A DNA stretch of 64,000 nucleotides from Candidatus Bathyarchaeota archaeon (GTDB taxonomy: Archaea; Thermoproteota; Bathyarchaeia; Bathyarchaeales; Bathycorpusculaceae), in contig OY970176.1 of NCBI GenBank assembly GCA_963707955.1, forward strand, positions 736,001-800,000, given 5' to 3'. Shown piece after piece: positions 51,291 to 60,305 of this stretch (position 1 is the first letter of the stretch; each line of letters starts with the position of its first letter). Position numbers and translations under genes: made by a program. Under the pieces are notes generated by a model. That model did no database searches, was not told the DNA's origin, and saw only the letters and a program-made list of their open reading frames with translations.

Positions 51291-51434
51291 ATGAACAAGC
51301 GCGCGCGCAAACAGAAGCCAAAAGTGGACACAAGCGGGTTGAGAGAGAGATCTGCTGGAAGAGATGCCGAGGGGCCGTTAAAATTCTTCTTGGATTGGCT
51401 GCACAGCCAAGAGCTAAGCTCGGAACAGCTTTGA
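51291..51434 (+). CDS. Unannotated 47-aa basic protein
   Basis: MNKRARKQKPKVDTSGLRERSAGRDAEGPLKFFLDWLHSQELSSEQL; GGAGTTGA RBS; expected distance from the conserved element. Confidence 0.55.
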   Translation: MNKRARKQKPKVDTSGLRERSAGRDAEGPLKFFLDWLHSQELSSEQL

Positions 51435-51598
51435 CTATGGCCCAGCAGCCGTAACTGTGAACATTCACTATGCCGCTGTGTGTTTGGCTGCGCGGCTTTC
51501 GCCAAATCAAGCAATGACTTTACTGCCTTTGAGATTTCCTACTTGAATAAGAATCACAACTTTCCTTAAGGCAAGGCTTGATCGATCGAGAGTCTTCA

Positions 51599-52219
51599 TC
51601 ACATGACGGCCAAGTAGGCCATTACGAATATCATTATGATTTGAAATATTGTCTGACTTCCGGCATAGTAGATGTTTCTCATGCCAAGTTTCACAACCTT
51701 CTCCGTGTTCGGGTTTGCCTTTCTCAGCTCCAATAGGACGCGAACTTCATTAGGCAATATAAGGGCAAAGCCTTGGACCGACAAGATAATGACGATGATG
51801 ATGGCAGCGATTATTGGTGTGGTGTAGAAACTTATCCCCATACGATTGGCCAGGGAGATTCCAGCGGTTATGCCCACCGCGGCCAACCCTGGCATGAAGA
51901 ACAGCATCATAGGCACAAGTTTCTTTATGACCTCAACGCGGCTTTGCGGCGAGAGACCACGCATCACCCTACTCATCACAAGACCCATGAACAGGTCTAT
52001 GCCCGTCCACGTTCCAGCGATAAGCACATGAACATAATTCAACAAAAGGAGACTTCCACTCAACAATGCCGCGATCAACGCGATTATGGGGACGGCCAAA
52101 GTCAGATAGCTACTCAGCCCCACGATTGCGCTGTCTTTGCTAGCTAAAGTTGTTGTATTCGGAGGTTTTGTCACGTATCCTTCCTCGTGCTGAGCTACCG
52201 ATATCTTGTTCCATCGCAA
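51599..52219 (-). CDS. Hypothetical membrane protein (CopD/DUF2269-like four-helix bundle)
   Basis: LNYVHV..AGTWTG.DLFMG and LPNE motifs; about five TM helices; start uncertain. Confidence 0.75.
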   Translation of the reverse strand: MRWNKISVAQHEEGYVTKPPNTTTLASKDSAIVGLSSYLTLAVPIIALIAALLSGSLLLLNYVHVLIAGTWTGIDLFMGLVMSRVMRGLSPQSRVEVIKKLVPMMLFFMPGLAAVGITAGISLANRMGISFYTTPIIAAIIIVIILSVQGFALILPNEVRVLLELRKANPNTEKVVKLGMRNIYYAGSQTIFQIIMIFVMAYLAVM

Positions 52220-52275
52220 CCCATATTTGGAATTTTCGATACCGACATATGGAGGAAAGTCTCATCCCTTGCTCG

Positions 52276-52821
52276 CTACCCCAACCAACCAAGAGATTGT
52301 GGGTGTGGTAGTTTTCGTTCTTTCCAGTAATATGTGTGATTGCAGTAGCCGTCTCCTTGCATCACAGTCTTTGTCCTTTTCAGTCTTATTTTTGGGTTGT
52401 AGGCTCTTGCCGTCGCAAAGTCACGGCGGCAGCATATGACGTAGCCAAGCTTTGTTGCATTCATTTCCTTGAAGGTCTTAGCCCATAAACACTCCGTTAT
52501 GTGGGCGCTCAATTTCACGGGCGTTTCTTCGGGATAGGTCACTGTCAACGCATGCGTCCAAAAGGGAGATTCGTTTTCCTCCTTTACGAAGCGTTTAAAG
52601 TCTTCAAACTTCTTAATTGGCTTCTTGGAGAGCTGGTTCTTGACAGATTCTACCCCAGACTTTTCAGCCCACTTTTTGATTATTCCGAAAGCTCTTTTTC
52701 TGCCCAGAGCATGCTCGAAAACCTCAGCCAATCCCACCGTGTCCCTGTATCGGTCCTGAAAAAACTGCTCATAAGTCAGCACCATTTTTCCTTGAAACTT
52801 GTGCGGAGTCTTCTTATTCAT
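52276..52821 (-). CDS. L-2-amino-thiazoline-4-carboxylic acid hydrolase family protein
   Basis: ITECLWA..F, LGY..CC..DF and L.RTKT.MQG..YCNH.Y. Confidence 0.88.
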   Translation of the reverse strand: MNKKTPHKFQGKMVLTYEQFFQDRYRDTVGLAEVFEHALGRKRAFGIIKKWAEKSGVESVKNQLSKKPIKKFEDFKRFVKEENESPFWTHALTVTYPEETPVKLSAHITECLWAKTFKEMNATKLGYVICCRRDFATARAYNPKIRLKRTKTVMQGDGYCNHTYYWKERKLPHPQSLGWLG

Positions 52822-52991
52822 GCCCCCTCAACAACCACATACTGGTTCTGATCTAGGGGATAAAACTTTACATCAACCGCGCGCGCCAAATTCTATCCTC
52901 TCTCTATCGTTCATGTTCTTGAACGCGCGATCACGATCATTTTATACGGCCACCGATGATACAGTATTAGCCAGAAAACGGGTGATATGGA

Positions 52992-53490
52992 TTGACGGAT
53001 CTTTGGCAGCTGGTGGGTCTGTCTATCTTGAATTTTCTGCATCTTTTGGCGACGGTTGTATGGGTTGGTGGAATGGCAACTAACATTCTGGTTACACTAC
53101 CATCTACTAGGGAAGTACTGGAGCCAGCAGTTTTTGGCAGGTTTATCGGAGCGATAATGAAAAGGTTTCGCCTTATCGCATACGTAAGTATCATAACTCT
53201 CCTTGTTTGCGGCGTTCTTTTGACACTGGTGAATGAGAATTTTGTAGGTGGGCCATTTGATAACGCTTGGAGTCAACTTATCTTAGCCAAACACTTATTT
53301 GTGGCCGCTTTGGTTCTGCTCACTGTCTACTCCTTCGAGGTGTTAGCTCCTAAAGTAGCCAAGTTAGCTGCGAAAGGACCTTCGCCCGAGACTGCTGAAG
53401 ACTCAAAAGCTTCAATTAAGACTGGCTTCCACTGGATTCGTGCTAGGCCTTGTCATTCTAATGCTGATAGCAATAGTGCTTTCTCTTTGA
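52992..53490 (+). CDS. CopD/DUF4149-like membrane protein with a +1 frameshift near 53391
   Basis: FLHLLATVVWVGG and L.AKH; the last TM helix LLKTQKLQLRLASTGFVLGLVILMLIAIVLSL is in the shifted frame. Confidence 0.78.
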
Positions 53491-53849
53491 GCGCGCGCAG
53501 ATATTTGCTCAAAACCAGGAACGCGAATAATCATAAGTATGAAGAGCTAGTCGTCTTGCAGTTTGCCCGCGCTTGAACCTTTCCTGTGATTGGAACCAAC
53601 ATTCCTTGTTCAACTAGAAAGGCATGATTTGCATCTGGAAAAACTCATTTGTTATGAAGCCATATGTTTCACACTCAAGGACTATGAAGACTTTCTTGCT
53701 TCCTGAGTTTGGGCAGCTAAACTTGTTCAGTCTTCTCACCCATTTTCATTATCGTTGGTTTTCGCGGGCGTTAGTTTGCGATGGTTAATATGAGAGCAAA
53801 GCTTAATCTAGCGCCTTGTTCTAAGGCGATTAGGTTGGAGGTGGATTCT

Positions 53850-54335
53850 TTGAGTCTTTTTGGGCATAAGGCAGTACCTAAGGTTCAGTTGACTTATGAT
53901 GTGATGATGAAATGCAACTGCGGAATGTGTCCGGTCCAAGCCAATAGTGCGTGTGCCAAACCTAAGATAATGGCTAGAGACGAGATGATGAAGAACCCGA
54001 GCTCTGAAATAAAGAAGATCATGACCCCTGGAATGATGCAGAACCTGGAAATGATAAAGAACATGAGCCCTGAAACGATGAGGAGCATGTCAAGAGAACA
54101 GATGAAGAAAATGAGCGATGAAATGATGAAGAACACGCCAAAAGAACAGATTTCGGCGATGATGCTTAAAGTGGAAGATATGCCTGGGCCTTACTGTGCT
54201 AACGGCGTTGCAGTCTGTAAAGACCTAGATTTCAGCAAGATGTGCGTTTGCAGCGGATGCCAAGTTTTCAAGGACTTTAGTCTCATGAAAGGTAAACCAA
54301 TGAGCTACTATTGTAAAGACGGCAAGGCTACGTAG
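53850..54335 (+). CDS. DUF2769-like Cys-rich protein with a Met-rich insert
   Basis: CNCGMCP...C, YC..G...C and CVCSGC.V...YYC..G; GGAGGTG RBS before TTG 53850. Confidence 0.82.
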   Translation: MSLFGHKAVPKVQLTYDVMMKCNCGMCPVQANSACAKPKIMARDEMMKNPSSEIKKIMTPGMMQNLEMIKNMSPETMRSMSREQMKKMSDEMMKNTPKEQISAMMLKVEDMPGPYCANGVAVCKDLDFSKMCVCSGCQVFKDFSLMKGKPMSYYCKDGKAT

Positions 54336-54393
54336 TTTTCTTAGCGCTCTTCACTTTGATTGCATATACTGCATTCCTGATTTTTATGTTTCG

Positions 54394-55317
54394 TCAACGA
54401 GCGCGCGCGCCATTGCTGGAGAAATGTGGTTCCGATGCCGAGAAGATGGTCATGTTAACAATCTCCGTTTCTTCAACCTTTCGGAAAAAATTCTCCAGCA
54501 ACGCCCGAAAGGCTTTCTTATTCGCACGTTTACCCAGTTCCAGTGCTTCATATTCATGTTTCTCTATAAAGTCGCTTATCGTCAACGGGTCCTCGTATTC
54601 GCGGACGAAAACTGTGGGCATCAAGATCACGAGCCTTCCACTTTCTTTTAGTACTCTGCCCCACTCTCTCAGTGCTGTCTGCACAAGATCGTTTTCGGGA
54701 ATGTTGGCGACCACTATCAGGTCGGCATAACCATCTTTTAATGGAACTTTCACGTAGTTGCCATCCAAGAAAAACAAGTTGTCCAGACGCCGGTACATCT
54801 CCACTAATCTTGGCTTCACCAGATAAATCTTTCCCCTACGTACTTTACTAATAAGACAGCATATCATTCTCTCGTGCATTGCGGAGTATTCAGGGACAAT
54901 GTACACGATGATGTGTTGGTCCATTAATTCCTCTCCAAGTAGCCTGCAGACGTTATCAAAAACGTTGATCTTTGAGGGAAGACCCAACAAGTATTCACCA
55001 TAGAAGGCGTCGATGGTCTCGATAGCGTCTAAGAAAATCCTGTTAAGCTCCTCCCTCCCCTTCCCGCTAAGCCTGTAAACCCTCTTCTCGGGTCCAAACT
55101 GGCTCTTCTGCCAACGACTCTGAAGCAAGTGCTCTCGCAGCATCTCGTTTAGAATCCTGTACAAACGGCTGATCTCAACTGTAACGCCTTCAGACGCAAG
55201 TTTCTTGTGAATTTCGTACCCGTAGAATTCTTTACCTCTAAACATCTTCAGGATATTCCTTTTAAGATCCTGAGCTCTCACGGCTGAAGTCTCCATACTA
55301 GAATTCGGGCTCTCCAT
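54394..55317 (-). CDS. PadR-wHTH / class I methyltransferase-fold fusion, copy 2
   Basis: EFYGYEIHKKL, SRLYRILNEM and GPEKRVYRL; VPLKDGYADL and EWGRVLK.SG. Confidence 0.88.
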   Translation of the reverse strand: MESPNSSMETSAVRAQDLKRNILKMFRGKEFYGYEIHKKLASEGVTVEISRLYRILNEMLREHLLQSRWQKSQFGPEKRVYRLSGKGREELNRIFLDAIETIDAFYGEYLLGLPSKINVFDNVCRLLGEELMDQHIIVYIVPEYSAMHERMICCLISKVRRGKIYLVKPRLVEMYRRLDNLFFLDGNYVKVPLKDGYADLIVVANIPENDLVQTALREWGRVLKESGRLVILMPTVFVREYEDPLTISDFIEKHEYEALELGKRANKKAFRALLENFFRKVEETEIVNMTIFSASEPHFSSNGARAR

Positions 55318-55360
55318 CCGACGTCACCTAGATTCTACATTTTCAATGTTAAAGCCGCCG

Positions 55361-55405
55361 TTTAAGGACCTATGGAATCGCAACTATAGTACTAATTAGC
55401 ACATA
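55361..55405 (-). promoter_or_regulatory. Conserved promoter element, copy 3 (upstream of regulator copy 2)
   Basis: Minus strand TATGTGCTAATTA-GTACTATAGTTG-CGAT-TCCATAG-GTCC-TTAAA; TTAA starts 48 nt before ATG 55317. Confidence 0.75.
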
Positions 55406-55499
55406 GGCTAAAATTACAGCGCGCGCTTGAAAAAATGGGTGAACTATTTGCGGGCCGTCCGCTTAGAAGCCTTAACGTTAGAACCTGAAGCACCTTTTT

Positions 55500-55940
55500 G
55501 CTTGGCGGCTCCTGCTAGTATACAAGTAAACATAATTCACGCTCTTCCACGATTTTGTAAACACTTGCATCTAATAGATCAGTGCGGGACGTTTGACATG
55601 CACACGCGCTATTACTAGACCGTGATTTGCACATGCTACTGAGAACATTGGTCTTGGAAGAGTATAGTGAGAAAGTACTCACTGTAGAACCTGCGGGCTG
55701 TCACAATCGCGTCCAAAAGAATCGTTTCACGTCCCTTCTTTCCTTTCTCGCCGACCCTGCACATCCTTTTTCGAGGCTCTTCTCCAACCAGCCTCAAGCA
55801 GGCAACATCTCAATAAGAACTTTAAGAACTCTACAAGTGACCGATGTCAACCTTAATCCTTTCTGAAGCAAGCTCCTTCTGAGCCGCATAACCACAAACT
55901 CTGCTTCCAAACATCCTCGCGCTAACCTCAGTGGTTCGAT
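55500..55940 (-). pseudogene. Decayed fourth copy of the PadR-methyltransferase-fold gene
   Basis: Minus strand 55915-55861 aligns by eye with 50312-50369, and 55691-55635 with 50551-50606; many indels and a large internal deletion. Confidence 0.85.
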
Positions 55941-55947
55941 TTCGATT

Positions 55948-56826
55948 TCATAGTGATAAACGGGGAGAGCGAGGTTCTGATGCTAAGAAGAGCACCATGT
56001 GAACAATCTTTGTTTTTTCAATCTTTTGGAAAAAATTTTTCAACGATGACTGAAGATATTTCCCATCGGCGTGCTCATTTATCTTCATAGTGTCATGTTC
56101 ATACTTCTCAATGAAGTTGCCGATTGTCAAAGGGTCTTTGTACTCCTCTACGAAAATCGCCGGAATCAAGATTGCCAATTTCCCATCTGCCCGTAACACC
56201 CTGCACCACTCTGTTAACGCTGTCTCCAGAAAATCCTTTTTGGGGATGTCTATAACCACCAAGAGATCGACAAAAGAGTCCTTTAATGGGATGTTTTCGT
56301 AGGTGCCGTCCATTAAGGTCAGGTTGTCAGGACACGGGTCAACGAGCACCGATCTCGGCTTCACGAAATAGATCTTCCCTTGAGAATCTCTTCTTTGAAG
56401 ATTGCAGATCATCCTCGCGTGCATCACGGAATAACTTGGGGTAACGAAGGCGATGTTGCCCCGTCCCCTGAGTTGACGGGCAAAGTGCCGCCGGACACTT
56501 TCGAAAACGCTGCGCTCAGCTGGAAGATTCAGCAGATACTCTTCGTAAGAGGCATGGATAGTCCTGATGGCGTCTTGAAGAATTCCGTCGAGCTTCTTCC
56601 TTCCCTTTTCACCAAGCCTGTACACTCTCTTCTTTGGTCCGAGTTGGCTTTTCTCCCAACGACTCTCAAGCAGTTTCTCTTTAAGCATCTCGTTCAGGAT
56701 CCTATAGAGGCGGCTGATTTCAACCTTGATGTCTTGAGACGCGAGCTTTTTGTGAACCTCATACCCGTAGAACTCTCTGCCTCTAAACATCTTCAAGATA
56801 TTCTTCTTAAGATCGTCCGTTTTCAT
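55948..56826 (-). CDS. PadR-wHTH / class I methyltransferase-fold fusion, copy 3
   Basis: Start placed at MKTDDLKK by homology to copy 1; same motif set. Confidence 0.88.
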   Translation of the reverse strand: MKTDDLKKNILKMFRGREFYGYEVHKKLASQDIKVEISRLYRILNEMLKEKLLESRWEKSQLGPKKRVYRLGEKGRKKLDGILQDAIRTIHASYEEYLLNLPAERSVFESVRRHFARQLRGRGNIAFVTPSYSVMHARMICNLQRRDSQGKIYFVKPRSVLVDPCPDNLTLMDGTYENIPLKDSFVDLLVVIDIPKKDFLETALTEWCRVLRADGKLAILIPAIFVEEYKDPLTIGNFIEKYEHDTMKINEHADGKYLQSSLKNFFQKIEKTKIVHMVLFLASEPRSPRLSL

Positions 56827-56842
56827 AGACTTTAAGCCTCGG

Positions 56843-56887
56843 TATATGTATTCGGGTACTATAGCTAAAAGTCCATATATGCTTAAT
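56843..56887 (+). promoter_or_regulatory. Conserved promoter element, copy 4 (divergent region between regulator copy 3 and the surface protein)
   Basis: TATATGTATTCGG-GTACTATAGCTA-AAAG-TCCATAT-ATGC-TTAAT; TTAA starts 45 nt before ATG 56928. Confidence 0.75.
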
Positions 56888-56927
56888 ACCGTCGCAGCAA
56901 TTATAAAAGAGTTACGGAGATAAAATA

Positions 56928-57998
56928 ATGAACAAACGAAATAATGCTGCAGTCTTACTTGTCTTCCTTGCAACCATCTTAGTATTGTCTATCGCCAATT
57001 TCAACGTCACAACCGTAAAGGCAGCGGCGCCGCCAAGCATCACGCTCCTCCCACCTGCTGGACCTGTCGGAATACCCATTACAGTTAACGGCAACGGTTT
57101 CGCGCCTGGAGCCGATATAAGCCTGACTTGGTTCGGAAACACTGTTGATGTTCCAGGCATCGCGGGCCACGTAGCCACGTACACTATAAAGAGCGGAATC
57201 ACAACTGATCAAAATGGCAACTTTACCACAACCATCATTTCACCAAGCGACTTCTCCGATATCCCACACCAAGTCAACGCCACCCAAAACGGCATCGGAA
57301 CAGGAATAATTAATGCAACTTTCACTACTGTGTCAACTATGCATCTAAGTCCCCAACCCGCCACTTACGCAAACGGACAGCAGATTTTCCTCAACATCAC
57401 TGGAGGACCACTTGGAGCGGCTGCTCTCCCGATAACTGGTGCGAGCGAGGCAGAAGTCTTAAAGTTCACTTATGACAACGTGATGTGGGGTTTCGACACT
57501 TCTCACTTGAGTACAGAAGGACCAGTTGCAACTGGCGGATTCATCGGATGGGACGTTGGAGGCAACATATCGATACGATTCACAGCAACCGGAGAAGTAG
57601 GCATACACACTATTAGAGCTTATGTAGGTAGGGAAACCGTGCCGATATGGTTATCTTGTGAAATCGGAGGCGAAGTAAGCTTCAACATAACGGGTCCCAG
57701 CTCGGACACACAGACAATCCTAAACGATTTGAGCAACATAGACGCCAAAATAGTCAGCATCCAAGGTGACGTAGCCACGATCACGACCAACGTAGGAACT
57801 ATAAGCGGTAATGTTACCAGCATAAGCAATGGCATGGCAACTGTTAATACAAGTCTCGGAACTCTAACTCTGTCAGTTGACGGAGTAAAAAGCTCAACGG
57901 ACAACAGTGTCAACTACGGCCTAGGCGCATTGATACTTTCTGTCATCGACCTTGTAATCCTGCTTGCCGTCGCTGCCCTTGTGCTAAGAAAGCATTAA
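56928..57998 (+). CDS. Membrane-anchored cell-surface glycoprotein
   Basis: Signal peptide; Ig/IPT-like start (ITLLP.AGPVG..ITVNG.GF); Thr/Gly-rich; repetitive stalk; C-terminal TM followed by RKH; about nine N-x-S/T sequons. Confidence 0.85.
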   Translation: MNKRNNAAVLLVFLATILVLSIANFNVTTVKAAAPPSITLLPPAGPVGIPITVNGNGFAPGADISLTWFGNTVDVPGIAGHVATYTIKSGITTDQNGNFTTTIISPSDFSDIPHQVNATQNGIGTGIINATFTTVSTMHLSPQPATYANGQQIFLNITGGPLGAAALPITGASEAEVLKFTYDNVMWGFDTSHLSTEGPVATGGFIGWDVGGNISIRFTATGEVGIHTIRAYVGRETVPIWLSCEIGGEVSFNITGPSSDTQTILNDLSNIDAKIVSIQGDVATITTNVGTISGNVTSISNGMATVNTSLGTLTLSVDGVKSSTDNSVNYGLGALILSVIDLVILLAVAALVLRKH

Positions 57999-58531
57999 AC
58001 CCCAAGAATCCCTTTTTTTATCATTCTGTCCTGTTTAACGCATTATGTGCTGAAACTGCTACCACTAATACGTCAGAAACTGGAGGCGCCTAGCGGGTTC
58101 CTAAATTCCTTCGGGAAGCAGCTTGCGCTTACGCATTCTGCTCTTCAATCATGTTTGGATCATGTAGGATACCGGAGGGAGTGTGTGAGCAAGCGAGAAC
58201 CCAGCCGAACCGTGACAGTAACCATCGAGAAAAGACATGCCTCCCTCTTGAACGGAATCTGGGAATTCAGGAACAAGCATGCGCTCTAAACCACTGCGGA
58301 GGCAGTCCTGATTTCTGCTGTCTCCAGGACAAGCAGCAAATGATTGATTCATGGGGATTTGATGTGGAAGCCCATCATTAATCGTTCCAACCGTCTCGTC
58401 TTTCACAGCAGGATTCTTGTCATTCTTTATTTCCCTCTTGCTATCGGCACAAAAATCAGCACTACGCAGAAAGACAGACTATATTAAATACTTCCGCGGT
58501 CCATAAGGCTGCAAACTAGGTGAGGAGCAAA

Positions 58532-58735
58532 ATGATTAAAGGGCCTTTCTACGTTGGCATTGTTTTGATAGTTATCGCATTAATACTGGGTGGAGTGCAA
58601 GATCTCCATGTCCACAGCATTTACGGTAGTGGAGCAAACAAATGGTATTTCTACAGTTTTATCGGAATCGTTTTCTTGATTGGCATTGCATTCGTAGTAT
58701 GGTCTTACATGAAAAGGCAAAAGCCTCAAAAGTGA
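58532..58735 (+). CDS. Small two-TM membrane protein
   Basis: Two hydrophobic helices, basic tail, GGTGAGGAG upstream. Confidence 0.7.
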   Translation: MIKGPFYVGIVLIVIALILGGVQDLHVHSIYGSGANKWYFYSFIGIVFLIGIAFVVWSYMKRQKPQK

Positions 58736-58897
58736 CTATTATTCTGTAATCTCACGGGCACCGATTTCAATTGACCAGCTGTTGGGTACATCAATTAGAA
58801 TTGCGTACATTGCGCGCGTCGGCTCTAGAAATTGCAAATGGATTCTTGGAGTTGAGATTATCAGCTATGAGAAGAAAGAGAAGGAAGAATCTTGCAA

Positions 58898-60187
58898 ATG
58901 GATGAGTATACTTCAAAAACTCGGACTTCGAGGACTCTTTATGACCGTGCAAAGAAAGTTCTTCCCGCTGGTGTTTCCTACGGGATACGTTATTTTGAGC
59001 CATACCCTTTTTACACTGTCAAAGCGCACGGAAGTAAGCTTTGGGACGTTGACGGAAACGAGTACATCGATTTTTGGCTCGGACATGCTGCGCTTATCCT
59101 GGGACACAGCCCGAGGGAAGTTGTGAAAGTCGTCAAGAAACAACTGGAAAACGGAACTCACTACGGAACATCACACGAACTGGAAATTGCTCTAGCTGAA
59201 CAGGTTGTCAAAATGATTCCGAGCGCCGAAATGGTTCGCTTCACCAATTCTGGAACAGAAGCAAACATGTATGCCACCAGACTGGCACGTACGTTCACGG
59301 GCAAAGACGTGATTGCCAAATTTGAAGGCGGATGGCATGGAGGTTACGATGCACTCCACGTAGGGGTCAAACAGCCCTTCGACCTTCCCGAATCGGCAGG
59401 CCTAACGCATGGAGCTCTTCAAGACACTGTTCTATTGCCTTTCAACGACCTCGAAGGGGTTGAGAAGAGACTGAAAAACAAGCAGCCTGCCTCCATCGTT
59501 ATCGAACCCGTATTAGGAGCAGGAGGAGCAGTGCCAGCTGAAAAGGAGTTCCTGAAAGGCTTGAGAGAATTCTGTGACCGAAAGAATATCCTGCTGATCT
59601 TTGACGAAGTGATCACAGGGTTCCGATTGGCCCCCGGAGGGGGACAACAGTTCTACGGCGTAAACGCTGACATAACCGTTCTAGGAAAGATTCTGGGAGG
59701 AGGTTTCCCTGTTGGTGCTTTCTGCGGGTCGAAGAAGATAATGGAGAGGATAGACAACGTCGCCTACGAGCGTCCGCACTACTCTTTTCACGGAGGAACT
59801 TTCGCTGGAAACCCGATGACAATGACTGCGGGACTGACGACGCTGAAAATCCTAGAAGATGGCAGGGTAATAAGCCGTCTCAACAGGCAGGGCGACGAAA
59901 TCAGGGAGAGACTGCGACGAATCTTTGAGAAGCGTAATGTAGACGCGCAAGTTGTCGGCTTAGGGTCCTTGTTTAATGTTCACTTTACAAAGGAGCCGAT
60001 AAGAGATGCCCTCGCCGTCTTCAGAGCCGACAAAAAGAGGCTTCTCGAATACAACTTGACGCTGATGACAAATGGAATCTTCTTCCTACCAACGCACTGC
60101 GGAGCATTGAGCACTGCCCACTCAGAGGCAGACCTGCAGAAACTATTCAAAGAAACGGAGGACTATTTAGAACATTATGAAAAGTAG
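58898..60187 (+). CDS. hemL: Glutamate-1-semialdehyde 2,1-aminomutase-like class III aminotransferase
   Basis: DVDGNEYID, SGTEA.M, KFEGGWHG, FDEVITGFR, LGKILGGGFP and HGGTFAGNP. Confidence 0.85.
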   Translation: MDEYTSKTRTSRTLYDRAKKVLPAGVSYGIRYFEPYPFYTVKAHGSKLWDVDGNEYIDFWLGHAALILGHSPREVVKVVKKQLENGTHYGTSHELEIALAEQVVKMIPSAEMVRFTNSGTEANMYATRLARTFTGKDVIAKFEGGWHGGYDALHVGVKQPFDLPESAGLTHGALQDTVLLPFNDLEGVEKRLKNKQPASIVIEPVLGAGGAVPAEKEFLKGLREFCDRKNILLIFDEVITGFRLAPGGGQQFYGVNADITVLGKILGGGFPVGAFCGSKKIMERIDNVAYERPHYSFHGGTFAGNPMTMTAGLTTLKILEDGRVISRLNRQGDEIRERLRRIFEKRNVDAQVVGLGSLFNVHFTKEPIRDALAVFRADKKRLLEYNLTLMTNGIFFLPTHCGALSTAHSEADLQKLFKETEDYLEHYEK

Positions 60188-60305
60188 CACGAATGCGCGC
60201 AGCCTCCGCGCAGCCAGCCTCCACTTGTTGATATTCAATAATTGGGGGCGTTCTGAAAATCTTTATATTGATTTGAGGCGTTTGGGCTAACCTAAGAAGA
60301 TCACA

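Noticed and set aside
53580-53760. Zinc-ribbon gene relic on the minus strand (KFSCPNSGSKKVF)
   Set aside because: Too short and degenerate to support
55663-55686. Inverted repeat TATAGTGAG-N6-CTCACTGTA as an operator
   Set aside because: Lies within the decayed regulator coding sequence (FYSEY region); probably incidental
56827-56973. N-terminal extension of PadR-fusion copy 3
   Set aside because: Paralogues begin at M.T.DLKK; the extension overlaps the promoter element and the divergent gene
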